A DNA stretch of 64,000 bases from Neocallimastix sp. 'constans' (lineage: Eukaryota). The stretch covers positions 310,001 through 374,000 of the forward strand of contig JBODTK010000158.1 of the NCBI GenBank assembly GCA_050613775.1, in the 5' to 3' direction. Positions 29,482-44,220 of the stretch are shown one piece after another (the first letter of the stretch is position 1; each line of letters opens with the position of its first letter). A program made the translations under genes and the position numbers. The notes under the pieces were generated by a model that saw only the letters and a program-made list of their open reading frames with translations, was not told where the DNA came from and ran no database searches.

Positions 29482-30434
29482 TTATTCAGACTTGACAGCC
29501 TTTTGGAGTTCTTCACCCTTCTTCTTAATGTCCTTTTGGACTTCACCAGCCTTCTTCTTTAAATCTTTACCAGCATCCTTAATATCTCTTTCAATATCTT
29601 CCTTGAGTTCATTAAGTCTGTTCATGGTTGGTAATGGAATCCAAAGACCAAAGATACCAAGGTAATTGGTTTCATTTTCTAATAATATTATATAAATATT
29701 TAAAATATACTCAATATTTACATATTTCTAATACCATTTGATTTATGAAAAAAATATAGTACAATATTAATATTTAATGTATTTACCTGGAACATTAATG
29801 ATAGAGAAGAACTTGTAGTCCTATTAATTAATATAATTATAGATTAATTCATAATTTATTCTAAAATCTTTTTTATTTATAAAATTAAAACTTACTTCTC
29901 TCTTGTAAACAAGGGTGGAAATGTTAGAAACTAATTTTCTTTCAAACCAAGAAGAACCAACACTAATATTTATATAATTATACAATTAAATATAAGTATT
30001 ATTAATTAAAATTATTTGTTAAAAGCTAAAGAATACATAATATGTAGTTTAACAATTAGTTCTAAACTATTAAAATAACAATTCAATTTAAATTTTATAT
30101 GTTTCCAATAATTTTTTTTTTTTTTTACTTTATCCTACAAAGGCAAATTTATGTATTTAAATTAAATAAATCTTTATTCCACTAATTAATTAATTAATTA
30201 ATTAATAAATAATTTATTATATATAAACTTCTATTTTGCCTTTTATATTCATCTAATATATAATTTTCATTTAATAAACAAAAGAATATAAAATCAATAT
30301 TTATAGTATGAATTTATGTATTACTCCTTCATTTTAGTGTCAATGTATTTCTTGAAGCTTTCTTCATCTGGATTTAAAGCAAAAGCAGTAGCTAAAACAG
30401 CAATTAAACCTAAAACAGCGTTAGTCTTACCCAT
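29482..30434 (-). CDS. Small N-terminally anchored or secreted protein, DUF4359-like, with Lys/Glu-rich 11-mer C-terminal helix; 4 exons, 135 aa
   Basis: Not in the ORF track. Exons 30434-30325, 29962-29896, 29820-29787 and 29678-29482 total 408 nt in frame with GT..AG introns. MGKTNAVLGLIAVLATAFALNPDEESFKKYIDTKMKDVGSSWFERKLVSNISTLVYKREDYKFFSIINVPENETNYLGIFGLWIPLP...; codon usage as C/G-rich as RPS26. Family label is from motif memory only. Confidence 0.82.
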
Positions 30435-31729
30435 GTTGTTTAATATTTAATCTACAATAATTATTTATTATAAATATTTTAATTACATATACAAAATTAA
30501 AAAATAATAATTTTAATTAATGCAAAAATAAAATAATAATAATAAAAATAAACAAATAATTCATTTTTTATCTTTTAATATGTTTATATATATTTGTTTT
30601 TTAATTTTAATTATTATCTGTTATTATTGACACATATGGGTTTCAATTTTATCAAAATACATTTAATTGCAATTTTTATAATTGTTTAATTTATTTTATT
30701 TTAATATTTCAAAATGAATGATTTAAAAATTATGAACTTATTAACACTTACTATTTATTTTATTATATAATTTTATTAACAAATATTTTAAGTTTTAAAA
30801 GCTTTCACTTCAATACTTTATTTAAATTATTTTTTTTATTTATTTTTATTTAATGAAATAAAAAAAAAAAAAAGATTTCTTTTTAAGAAAAAAAAATTTT
30901 CTTTTATAATATGCTTTGTTTTAGAATATAATAAAACTAAAAATAAAAAAAAAAATTTTATATTACAAAAAGTTTTAAAATGTTATAAAAAAATTTTTTT
31001 ATTAATTTTATATAATCAATTATATTAGTATAATATAATAGTATTATATTTTATTATATACTTTATATATATTATTTTTTATCTACTTTTATTTACCTCT
31101 TATTCATTTTTTTTTTATATTTATATATATATATTTTTTTTTTAGTTCCAATTTAATAACAATATAATTAAAATATATTGAAATTCAATTTTTATATTGA
31201 TATAAATTTTTTGTATTATACATAAATAATAAAATAATTTATATTCAACCATCAAATAAATTTCGTTGCTTTTAAAAACTTTTTTTTATATATAAAATAA
31301 ATATATTTGTTTTATTATCTGCAATACAAATTTTATTTATAAATAATAATATATTGGAATTGATTTAATTTATATTATATATCCAATAAAATAATAGTAA
31401 TATTTAATGGAGTATGGATAAAATAGCTATATATTATAATATAAAACAATATATTACATACTAAAAACTTTATCAATTTTATTTAGGATAAATAAAAGTA
31501 AAATTGCTTATAATAAAGAAATTTAAAAAAAATTATTATATAATAAGTATTATTCAAATCTATATATTATTACTAAATATTAAATACCTCAGCCTTTTCA
31601 ATTACATTTAATTAATTCCATATAATATTAATTTATTCAAATATATAAAGTTTACATGATAATTAAAAGTTCATTCTTAGTATATTAAAAAAAAATAAAA
31701 ATTATAATAATAAATAATAGATAATATAA

Positions 31730-31975
31730 ATAATAAATAAATAAATAATAATAACAAATAAATAATACATAATAAATAATACATAATAAATAATAAATAA
31801 TAAATAATAAATAATAAATAATAAATAATAAATAATAAATAATAAATAATAAATAATAAATAATAAATAATAAATAATAAATAATAAATAATAAATAATA
31901 AATAATAAAAGTAATAAATAATAAATAATAAATAATAAAAGTAATAAATAATAAATAATAATAAATAATAAATAA
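31730..31975. repeat. (AATAAAT)n heptamer microsatellite
   Basis: Long AATAAAT array. Confidence 0.85.
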
Positions 31976-33759
31976 CTGAATAATAATTAACAATTAATTA
32001 TTATACAATTGTTAAATATAATAAAACACATATAAATAATAAATTATAATAGATAAAATATTAAAATGATGCAAAATTAAAAGAATTGCCCTTAATACTA
32101 TTATTATTCTATCACAACCTCTAATAATAATAATGTAAAAATTATAGATTTAGAAAAAAAATATAAAAAGTACTGCATATTTCCAATGTCAGTATTAAAG
32201 TTAATATCATTTTTTTTTTACAAGTTAAAAAGGTCTGAATAATGATAAGCTTAAACAAAGTATATTGAAGAAATAAAAGTTAATACTATAATGAATAATT
32301 TAATAAATATATATATTAAACTTTATATGAAAAGTAAATATTAAAACAATAATATTTACCATGATTAAATTCACCTAAAAGCAATAATAGTACTGATTGT
32401 AAATATGAATATCAAATATTTAAATATTTAAATCTTTTAATTTTTTTTTTTTTTTTTTTTTTTAATAATTAATAATTTATTGGTAATAATTAATAAATAA
32501 AAGCAATACTTCTTTATATATTTGTTTATACATGACATTATTATGTGAAATTTTTATCTTAATTAAAATTTTATGTAATTTTAATGAATTATATTTTATT
32601 TTTTAAATAATTAAATGTAAATGTAAATGAATTATTAGTTAATCGATAAGTAACTATGAACCAATATGAATATATATATATATATATTAAAAAAAGGTTT
32701 TTCTCATGGTTTAACCTTTAAATAAATATATATTGTTTTTATATATATCAGCATGTTTTTTTTTTTTTTTTTTCTAATATCATAAAGCACAAATTTAAAA
32801 ATTATTCTTCTGATAATAATAATAATAAAATAGAATATTATTATTAATTATTTTCATAATTATTATTCAAAATTTATTATAGATAAAATTTTAGAAATTA
32901 ATATTTAATAATATATTATAAAAAAGAAAAATAACATATATACTACTACTTAATATTCAATTCATAATCTATAGTAATATTATAAAGGATTAGAATAAAT
33001 AAATATTTTTTAATTTTTAATTATTTTTTATTAAAGAAAAAAATGTGGAGTTATTTCTTATTTATTATAATTAAATAAATATATATATAAGTATGTAAAT
33101 AAGCAAATTAAAATATATATGAATATATATAAAAAAAATGAATAAACATTTTAAATTTTTAATATTAATTTATTCATTTAGAAATTTGAATAATATAAAT
33201 ATCAGATATAACCTTTTCATTTATGTTTTATTTAAAAAAAAAAAAAGTTTATTATTTTTTATTTTTTTTTTATTTAATATACTATTAATACAACAATAAT
33301 AATAGTTTATTATAGCGATATAAATATTTTTAATATAAATTAAAATTGATATTATAAAATTATATTTTTTATTAAACATTTTTTTTATTATTATTATGCA
33401 AAACATACATATAGTTTTATGATATATTATAATAAGTTTCTAAAAATTAGAAATTTTTTTCTTAATTGATTTAGGTGAATAGCTTTTAAATAGGGCCATA
33501 TCTTTGCCACCGCAAGTTTCTATTATTATAAGAATTATAGTAATATTAAAAAAAATAAATTACTTTTTATTTTTGAATAATTAAAATAATTATTTATTTA
33601 TGTTGTAGTTATTTGATTGCCTGTTAAATGAATTTTACAAAATAATTTTCATTATTAACTATTATTATTACTATTACATCATATTTAATATTAATTTGTT
33701 TCAACGACTTAGGAAATTTTTAAAATAAAATATATCTTATAATATTTATAATATTTATT

Positions 33760-33797
<38 letters not shown>

Positions 33798-34411
33798 AAC
33801 AACTTTAAACATAATTATTACTGATGGAATATTTATAATACATGATAAAGACTATAGGATAATTTATAATAAAGAATTTAAATATTATCAATAAAAATGA
33901 GCCACAAAAAAATATCATAAAACATATTTTACATTTATTAAAATACATTTTTTTCTTTATCATTCATAATCTACATGAAATATATTTATTTAATTTTGTA
34001 TTAATTTTAAATAATATTTTAGATTAAAATTTAAAAAAATATTTATTTTAATTATACTGACATAATTATTTGAGTAATGAATTAAAATGCATAAAATTCT
34101 ATTTATATTTTTTTTTTTTTAAAAAGAATTTTTAAATTCAAAATTTTATATATTTGTTTTAAAAAGATGAATATTAAATAAAGAATGTGTTTATAATAAT
34201 ATATACTTTGTTTTTTATTTTTTATTTTATTTATTAATATTGTTAAAACTTAACCACCACATGAAAAATGATATATAAATAATATAAATTTAATAAATAT
34301 CTTTAAATAATCTTTATTTTAATACAACTATGTATCCATTAATATCATATATTGAAGCTCTTCAAAAATCTAAAAATTATTGAAAAATATTAAATTTATT
34401 TTACTATTTAA

Positions 34412-34459
<48 letters not shown>

Positions 34460-35179
34460 ATTTTTTTTTTATTTTCATCATTAAGCATGAAATGAAATAA
34501 AAATTACATTACCAAAATAAATAAAATTTTATTAAATGAATAAATAAGATTTTTAAATATTAAAATTTGACAAATTTATATTTTAATATTTAAAAATATT
34601 ATTTATTCATTAGTATGTTATTCTTTCAATTAAATAATAAAACTAAATAATTTCATTTTTTTTATACTATTTAATACTATTTAATATCATTTATTACTTG
34701 ATATTATTATTCATTGTCATTGCACTATTATTATTATTATTATTTATTACAATTATTATTTATTATTATTTTTTATTATTATTTATTATTATTATTATTA
34801 TTATTATTTTTTATTATTATTATTTATTATTATTATTATTTATTATTATTTATATTTATTATTATTATTTATTATAATTATTTATAATTATTTTTTATTA
34901 GTTATTACTATTATTACTATTTTACTACTACTACTACTACTACTACTACTATTATTATTATTATTATTATTATTTTCTTTTTTCTAAAAAAATATCTAAA
35001 AATGTATATATAGATATTTATTGATAAAAGTAATTTTTTTTTTTTTTAGATTAGGAATATAACTTTATTAATATTAATTAAAAAAAAATATATTAAATAA
35101 AATTACATCACAAAAAAAAAAAAAAAAAAAAAAAAAAAGATATATATGAGATTTTTTTTATATTTTTATTAAAAGACTA

Positions 35180-35305
35180 TGTTACTAGTTTCAAAGAGTG
35201 AAGGGCCTCTATCTTTTCTCATTCGTTGATGATAACGACTTTATGAATTACTATTATTATTCGAATCTGTATCAGAATTTCTTGTTTTCTTTATTCTTTC
35301 GATAA
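35180..35305 (-). mobile_element. Short 3' remnant of the LINE family seen at 26.9-27.05 kb
   Basis: TTCGAATCTGTATCAGAATTTCTT is identical to 27004-27027; GGCCTCTA..CATTC..GATGATAAC is also shared. Confidence 0.6.
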
Positions 35306-35536
35306 CAGTACGTCCAATGGTATATAAATTAAAATATTAATTATTCAGAAATAATAGATAACAAAAAGCATTAAATTTCAGTCTCTAAATTATTATATAA
35401 TAATGATTAGAGCATTTTTTTTTTTTTTTTCTTTTTTTTTTTTTATTTATTTATTTTTAAATAAATATAAACCACTAGAAAAAAGATTAAATCTATTAGA
35501 AATTAGAGAATTTTCTCTATTCAAAAAATAAGAAAA

Positions 35537-35591
<55 letters not shown>

Positions 35592-35696
35592 ATAATGATA
35601 TCAATAAAACATATTAAAAAAAAAACAAAAAAAAAAAATATTTTATTTTTATAATATTTATTTAATAATTATTGAATATATCAATTTGAATTAATT

Positions 35697-35739
<43 letters not shown>

Positions 35740-35984
35740 TTTTGTTTTTTATTTTATTTTGTATTCTATTGTTTTAAACAGAATATGTAATACTTTTTAA
35801 AACTAGAAAAATTATAATTAAATTATTAAATGAAATAATTTTTTTATATTAATATCATATATATATTAATCAAAAAAATTTTTAAAAAAAAATAATAAAT
35901 ATATTAAAATTAAGTAAAAATTTCACTTTAACAAAATGTATAATTATTTAATTATTATATATTTGTTAGTGAAATTTTAAATAA

Positions 35985-36021
<37 letters not shown>

Positions 36022-36222
36022 TATATATTTCTATTAAAATTATATAAAAACTTTCAGATATCTATAAATATATTTTTTTTTTTTTTTAATTTTTTTTTTT
36101 TATTTATTATTAATTATAATTCATTATAATTTATTACCTTATTATTTTTTAAACTTTGTTTTTTTTATGTTTATAATATATAATATTATTATGTTTTTAT
36201 AAGTATTTGATTTTGAAATATT

Positions 36223-37851
36223 CTAACTTGAATTTTGTTTTACTGTAGAATTACTTCTATTATTATTTTTACTAGGACTTTTAGTCATTCTACGTATTTG
36301 TTTAATTATATCTTCATCCTCTTGATTTAGATTAGGTTTTTCAAGCAAAACCCTAATAAAAAGTAAATATATATGTTTTAAAACAAATACTCCAATTATA
36401 ACAAAAGGATAAATACATTCAATGTAATAATCTTTTATATCTATAACTCGAATAATTAATACAATAAGCATTCCAATACTATCAAATACAAAAATATAAG
36501 ACATTACTTTAGCAAATAAATAGTATAATTCGTTATTCAATTCTATATACAAAAATCTGATTATATTTACATATAAAAATAAATGAAATAAAATCTCAAC
36601 AGACAGTATTACAATGCCAAATTTATTTGAGAAATCAATACGGCATTGATAAAAACTTTTTGAATTTTCTACAGGGACTTCTACTATCTTATATGAAGGG
36701 TGTATTTTTGCCAGTATAAAAAAGAAACCCTCAATAATATAATATTGACATATATATAAATTCTCATGGGTTTTAATCCATTTGAAATATCTATTACTTT
36801 TAGGATAATAAGTAATTAAAGAGAATATTGTAGGTGTATAAACTAAAGCGTATCCAGTTAATATCATTAATAAAAATGCATGACATTTAAATTCTGTGGG
36901 TTCGCCAAATTTTGCTAACATTGAGTAAATAGTAACAAATGAAGTAATAATATAATTAGTAGATGTACCAAAATTAAGCCATTGATAATATTTACTAAAT
37001 TTTGGAATAAATTTTACTACTAAAGAAAAAACAATCAAAACAAATATTACATTTATAACTATAAATATAATATAACTAAATTCATCTTTTAAATCCATGT
37101 AATAAATTTTTGTTATATCTTCTATAGATTGAAGTGCTTCCTTTGCACTTTTACTACCATATAAAAAATCATAAAAATAATTAATAAATTTAATTTCAAA
37201 TGTTTCATAATTTTTGATCGTTATAGGTCTTTCAATCAATTGAAGACTATTCAAAATATCACATTTTAAAATTGAACAAATTTCCTCATCCTTATATAAA
37301 TCTATTATTCCAGTATATTGATGAAATTTTTTTATAATTATTTCTTTTTGAAACTCTTTAGAAAAAATAAATTTAATAACTTCAATAGAACCTCTTTTAT
37401 GATCTTCATTTATATAGTTACTAATTCCAATATTATAACCACCAAGACATGATCCACTAATACCATCCATTCTTCCTGGTAATATTGATTTTTTATAAAT
37501 ATCAAAATCACTAGGAAGTACAGAATCCCAAAATACAGTAAATAATATATTTTTTCCTTCTCTCATAAGTGCAACCGTTTGATCTTCATTTAATTTAAAT
37601 ACTTCATCTTTTTATTTAATTAAATTTATTTTTAATTTTAATAATTATTATATAATTATAAAAAGATAAAAATAAAAAAAAAAAAAAAAAAAATAAAAAA
37701 AAAAAAAGGAAAAAAAAAAAAAGAAATAAAAAATTAGTATTAATATAATTTTAAATAAGAATTAAACTATATTTAAAATATTTTAAAATTAATTTAAATT
37801 ATTATTTTAAATATATATAAAAACTTTTAAATTATAATAATAATAAGAACA

Positions 37852-37885
<34 letters not shown>

Positions 37886-38585
37886 GATAATAATAATAAT
37901 AAAAAATGATAATAATAATAATAATAATAATAAATTATAGTAATAATAATATTTACTATATAAGTATTTTTATAAATAATATATTTTACCTGAAGAAATT
38001 TTATTTTTAATTTCTTTCATTTTATTTAAGGCATCAATTGCTAATTGACTTTCTAATTTAGGAAAAGATGATGTAACATTATCTCTATTAGAATATATAT
38101 ACTGATAAATTGAACACATACTACTTGTAATACTTTCAATACCTAAGTTTTAAATTTAAATTATTAAACAATTAATTATATTAATTAATAAAAAAAAAAA
38201 AGAAAAGAAAAAAGAATTTAAGAAAATACTATTATATATTATTGATATTTATTTAGTAACAAATTATATTAAATTTAAAAAAAAAAAAAAAAAAAAAATT
38301 ACTAGTAGGAAATAATCCATTATATCCATAGAAATTCATATTATTATTATTATTTCTCTCTTGTTTTACAATATTTTCTCCTACTTCTAGTAATTTATCC
38401 CATGTTGTGGGTATATCTTCGTTATATTTTTTTAAATAATTAGTATTTGAATATAAAACCATAAATTTTATAAATAAGGGCTATAAATTTAATTTTATTA
38501 ATAATTAATAATAATATAAAATTAGTAAAATCACGGTTTGCATAATGTTTTCTTTAATTTTTTGAAAATTTTAATATATATATAC

Positions 38586-38618
<33 letters not shown>

Positions 38619-39356
38619 AGTAAAAAAGCAATTTAAGTAGAATAAGTTAAATTTAATATATATATATTTAAATTTTTACATACTAAACCAACCCATTTAT
38701 CTTCATAAACACAAATTTTCCATATATCTTTTAAACTATAAGAATCTATATACTCTTCTGGTAGATGTTGCTTTAAATCTAGAAAATGAGAAGAAAGTTT
38801 TTTTAAATAGATAGGATCAAAAATATATATATCATATTTTGTTGATTTTCTTGAGAGCAAACTATCAATTGTTGAAGAATGATCATTTCTATTTCTTGTT
38901 GAATTTTTCTCTGAGAAAAATTCCATTTTTAAAGTAACATTCAGATTATTTCTGTGAGAATAATTATTAAAATCATTTTCTATTATTTGAAATAAATCAT
39001 TATATGAAAAATAGGAATATGACATCATTCGAACCGTAATGCCTTCAATAAATTCTATTATAGTTTTACGAAATCATATTTTTTAAACAAAAACAAAAAA
39101 AAATAAAATAAACAAAATATGTATATATATAATAAAACAAAATGAAGGAATTATAACCATTAATAAAAAATATTTTTTTTTTAATTAAAAGATTTTATAA
39201 TAAATATAAATATATATATATATATTTATATTTATTATAAACACATATATATATCATATTCAATTATTTAGTAGTTATTAATAATAAATTAATAATATAA
39301 AATTTACTAATATTTATTAGTAAGGCAAATAATATCAAATAATATAATTGATGCAT
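36223..39356 (-). CDS. Class C-like GPCR: signal peptide, bacterial-type sugar solute-binding domain, 7TM; 5 exons, ~711 aa
   Basis: Exons 39356-39308, 39054-38684, 38480-38303, 38142-37990 and 37607-36223 total 2136 nt in frame. SBP_bac-like motifs (KYDIYIFD, WVGLP, LYSNTNYLKKYNEDIPTTWDKL, LPG..SGSCLGGYNIGI) followed by about seven hydrophobic segments with the C...C pair. Confidence 0.88.
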
Positions 39357-39584
39357 TTTTTGTTAAGTATACATAGATGTATATGTACTATATATTTTAA
39401 GTAAAAATAGAAAGATTCATCCTAATTTTTTTCATATATATATATAATATATAATATATAATATATTTATTATATATAATATTATATATTATATATATAT
39501 AATAACTAATATCTTTGAGATTATACTAAATTTTATATATTAACAATTATTAACTATTTTTTATTAAGATTTAAAAATAAAAAT

Positions 39585-39616
<32 letters not shown>

Positions 39617-40815
39617 TAAGATACGGAAAAATAATTTAGAAAAAAAAAAAAAAAAAAAAAGATATCAAATAATAATAAAATAAAAGTAAACTTAAGGAAA
39701 TTATAAGTAAAGTTAAAAAAGGAAAAAAAAAAATAGAAAATTAAGTTTCATATTTATTATTATTTTATTAATTATAATAATATTTTATTGTTATTATTAT
39801 TTATTTATTATTATTATTATTTATTATTTATTATTATTATTATTATTTATTATTTATTATTATTATTATTATTTATTATTTATTATTTATTATTAATTAT
39901 TTATGATTTATGATTTATGATTTATGATTTATTATTAATAAACATTCTTTTATTATTTATTATTATAATAATGATTCCTTTTCTCCATTAATTATTTATA
40001 TTATTTCATTTATTTTTTTTTTATTTTAATATTTGGAAGCATGACGCTATCAGAAACAAAAGTAAAAGCAAAGTTGTTTTAGTTTCATTATATATGATAT
40101 TAAAGAAATTAATATCTGTTTCTTTCTCTGTAAAATATTTTTATCACTTCATCTGAATGTCATGTGATCTACATATTGATATGGGGGTCTTTTATGTGAA
40201 ATATATTTTTAATAGTATAATTAAATTTTATTAATATTAGTATCTTTTCCTAAAATTATAATTAATAATTTTCATTTCTAAATAAAATATGAAGAATGGT
40301 TATTAATTAGGGTTATTATTAGGATTATTTACATATAAAAATTATAATTAATAATATAAATATATTTAATTATATGAAAGAATATAATATATTATAAATA
40401 TTAATACATATATATATAATTTTAATTATAATTAAATATAATATTTCATTATATTATAATATATAAAATAATTATAAACTTTAAAATAAATAAGAATATT
40501 TAAATTATATATATAATAATATTCTTATATATATTTAGAAGAAATTGACTATTTAATATATTTAATATTATAATTAATAATATATCTATGATTAAGAAAT
40601 TATTTCAAATATTATTATTGACAAAAGAGATATAAATTTAATATTTAATAATTATTATTAAATATACAAATATGTTACTGCACATATTTGTTATATATTA
40701 ATATTATAATAAAAAGATAGAATAGGTAATAAACATTAAAATATAAATAAAATTAATAAAAAAATAATTAAACAATAAATAAGATTAATTTTAACAATAT
40801 AATAACTTCTTTTAA

Positions 40816-40930
40816 CTATTCAAGAGAATTTGGATGCATATCATCGGCAAGGAGTCCACCACAACAATGTTGAGAATCTAAATTTACACCATACTTATCA
40901 CAATTATCCAGTACATCATTAAAGTGACAA
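40816..40930 (-). pseudogene. Small LINE RT fragment
   Basis: FNDVLDNCDKYGVNLDSQHCCGGLLADD, most like the middle LINE at 18536. Confidence 0.75.
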
Positions 40931-41235
40931 AGAAATGGGTAATTATTTGAAAGTCCATTAAGGTATTTGCTATTACCGACCTCTTTCAAGCAAATATAGA
41001 TAGGTTTAAAAAATATCATTATTAAAGTATCTAATACCATCACGTTTTTCAGCATTCCATCCATTAATGTTCCAACTGACACAAAGATTGAAGAATTGAG
41101 TAGACGGTGAGTAAATGCTACTATAAAGAAAATCTTTTACCATTGATTTAGTTTCAAAAGAAGAAAATTTATTGTTGAATTTATTAACATAACTGAAAGT
41201 TCGAATTTCGTTGGTTATGATCTAATTAATTTTAC

Positions 41236-44219
41236 AGATAGTGTGGTGTCCACTAAACTCTCCCTGGATTCATCATTTATTGAACTACAAGGGCGATCAA
41301 CCTTCGTAGTAATAGATGATGATCCTGTATTATCATTATGCCTTATCAGTACGACGTCGACGCTCTTGGATAAGTTTGGTATTTTGCAATACCTATCAAA
41401 TAATAGCTCAAACGAACTACTTATGATAGGTATTGCACTTGTTAAGAATTCAGCAAAGCCCACAATTTTTGGAACAGGTGACTCAGATGAACTTTTGAAA
41501 AGTAGTTCATTTAAATGTCTCTGTTCCCCACTATCGAAATGTAGTTCATTTAAAACTAAAGTTCCACCAAGAAGGAACAAGTATATATAATGATTGATAT
41601 AATCTTCAAAATCAGAAATAGAGTCATAGGAAGAAAGAGGATTAAACGCTCTAATCTTCCTAAGGAATAAAACATAGAGATCATCGATGAAATTTAAAGA
41701 ATTCCATCTAAAAGATGCAAGAGCATCGCATTTAAAAATCCAATGTTCAAAAGATTGATTACCTTCACCACAACAGGGGCAAGACTTTGGACAATCTTCT
41801 GAAACTCTACCCATTCTAATAGCAATAGTAGTATTGTATTTATAACCACAGCGTAAACGTATAATCCACGAAAACCCTAAGTTGAATTGGGGATATTTTA
41901 AGCTAAGCATGATTATAGCTTTATTGTTTGAGAACTTGTTACTATGGTAGTTTTGACCTTTAATACCTTGAAATCTGGAAACTGACTTCCAGTAACGTTC
42001 TATAATATCGTCATATTTTACACATTTATATTTTTTGATTTTTTTATATATTGTTCTATATTCTTTAGTCCAGGAATAATAAGGCATTTTAGGAATAGAA
42101 TTAATAAGATCCTTTATAATACAGTTTGATTTACTCCATTTTGCAAATGATTTAATCTGTAAGGCTGCGCAGATACCAGCAATAGGAGGGATGCTTAGAT
42201 CACGAGATAAAGCATAAGTACTCATTGTTGAATTATGTCTAATACAGTCATTGTTTTCTGAATTTGTTTTACCATTTTTAGAGAAGGAACCGATACACCA
42301 AAATAGACCAGTATTAATTAATGTTTGAATTCTAGCCGTTCTAGATTTGTTTGAACCAAGTAAAGAAGAATATTTAAATTACTTTACTAATAACAAAGGA
42401 TTGAAGAACTTTTTTCTTGTATACAATAGGAATAAGTTTATTTGAAAAGAAACGTGTAAATGAAAGAAGGGATTTTCTAACTTTAAAATGCATGTGAGAT
42501 ATAATGTGTTCTAGTAAGAGATCATCTGAAAAAGGAATACCAAGATAAATATAACTAGAAACTTTAGGAATATCATTCTTTCCTAAATAGAAGGTTGGAT
42601 TACTATAGTTTGGAGGAGGTTGGAAGTTCATTGGTTTTATAACCATAGTTGCACACTTTTCAATACCAAAAGTCATTTCATTTAAATTTGCCCATTTATG
42701 TACCTTTTTTAATAATTTTTCTAAATTTTTTGCACTTGGAGCAATGAGAACAACATCATCAGCAAAGAGTCCACCACAACACTTTTTTCTTCCAACATTA
42801 ACACCATACTTTTCACAGTCATTTAGTATATCATTGATGAATAAATTGAATAAGATTGGAGATAATGGACAACCTTGACGAACACCTCTTTTAATAGGAA
42901 ATTCATTTGATAACATTGAAGCAAATCGAGCGCGTGCTTTAGATGAAGTATATAAATTACAAAGAAAATCAAAACATTTACCGCGTACTCCATAATGATA
43001 TAATTTAGTAAGAATGTTAAAAATAGGAACTGAATCATAAACTTTTTTAAGATCTAAAAAAGCTAAATATGTGAATTTTCCTTGAAATTTTCTTCTTTGA
43101 CAAATTTCTCTAACGGAAATGAATAAACTAATGCATTCTTCGCGGTTGCGAAATCCAAATTGTTCAGGTCTAATGAAATTGTGTGAGAGTGCGTAAGTAG
43201 ATATTCTATCTGTTATAATTTTTGAAATGATTTTTAATCCAACGTTAATGAGAGAAATACCTCGACAATTACTACAATCTGATAGGTCACCTTTCTTAGG
43301 AATTGATATAATAGAAGCTGAGTTCCATTTTTTAGGAAAGGACCCATTCCATATTTTATTAAATATCAATTTTAGACACTTTCCAGCAGCAGGATGTGAT
43401 TCTAGTAATTCTTCGTTGTAAAAAAGAGCTTTGTAGAATACCATGGGGGCCAGGTGCTTTGTTATTTTTCATCGATGAAATAGTTTTTTTAATATCTTCA
43501 ATCGTAATTGGACCATTTATATTCCAGGTAGAGGATCTAAGACTAATATTCCTTAAAGCATGATTCCAGTAATTACGATTAAGGCTGTGACCTGAGGGAT
43601 CAGAAGCTAGATCTTTATAATATTCAGACCATTTATCTAATTGCTTTGTAGGAGAGATAATATCTTGACCAAATTTAGATTTAATGCAAGTAAGGGAGGT
43701 AGATGAATATGATGGTTTAGCCATTTTCTTTAAACATCTCCAACCATTTTTGAAATCTTTATTCAAAAAATAATTACCTATTTTTACTATATTAGCCTTA
43801 AATCTAGCAGAACGAAATTTACTCTTAGTTTTCTTGATTAATTTGCAAATTTTTTCATATTTATTAAATTGTTCAAGGTAATTATCAACATTTTCACAAT
43901 TAAAGTAAGGCTTAATATTTCGAAATGCAATATGTTTTTCATGAGATAGTTTTTTAATGTAATAAGGACAATGAAAAGCAGAGCCTTTTAAATTTGTTGG
44001 AATAAAAGCCTTTTAAATTTGTTGGAATAAAAATCTTAATATCTTTCCCGATATTATTTGCTGTATTGATAAATTTTTCTACCATTTCATCAGCCGTAAG
44101 CGAATTGTAATGAGAATCGAGGTCATTTTCTAAGATTGAAAAATAATTATGTGATAAAATATCTGAATTTTTTGTTTTACAAATATGAGTTGACCGTTTA
44201 GAAACTTTAGTAGGCCTTA
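41236..44219 (-). mobile_element. Disrupted copy of the 18649-23564 LINE family; frameshifted, 3' end missing, cut at 44220 by an LTR element
   Basis: ORF pieces 43359-43766, 42374-43444 and 41215-42225 are near-identical to the 1387-aa protein. Frameshifts near 43445 and 42375, 22-bp duplication near 43985-44030. Homology stops just before TGTAACG at 44221. Confidence 0.93.
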
Positions 44220-44220
44220 A

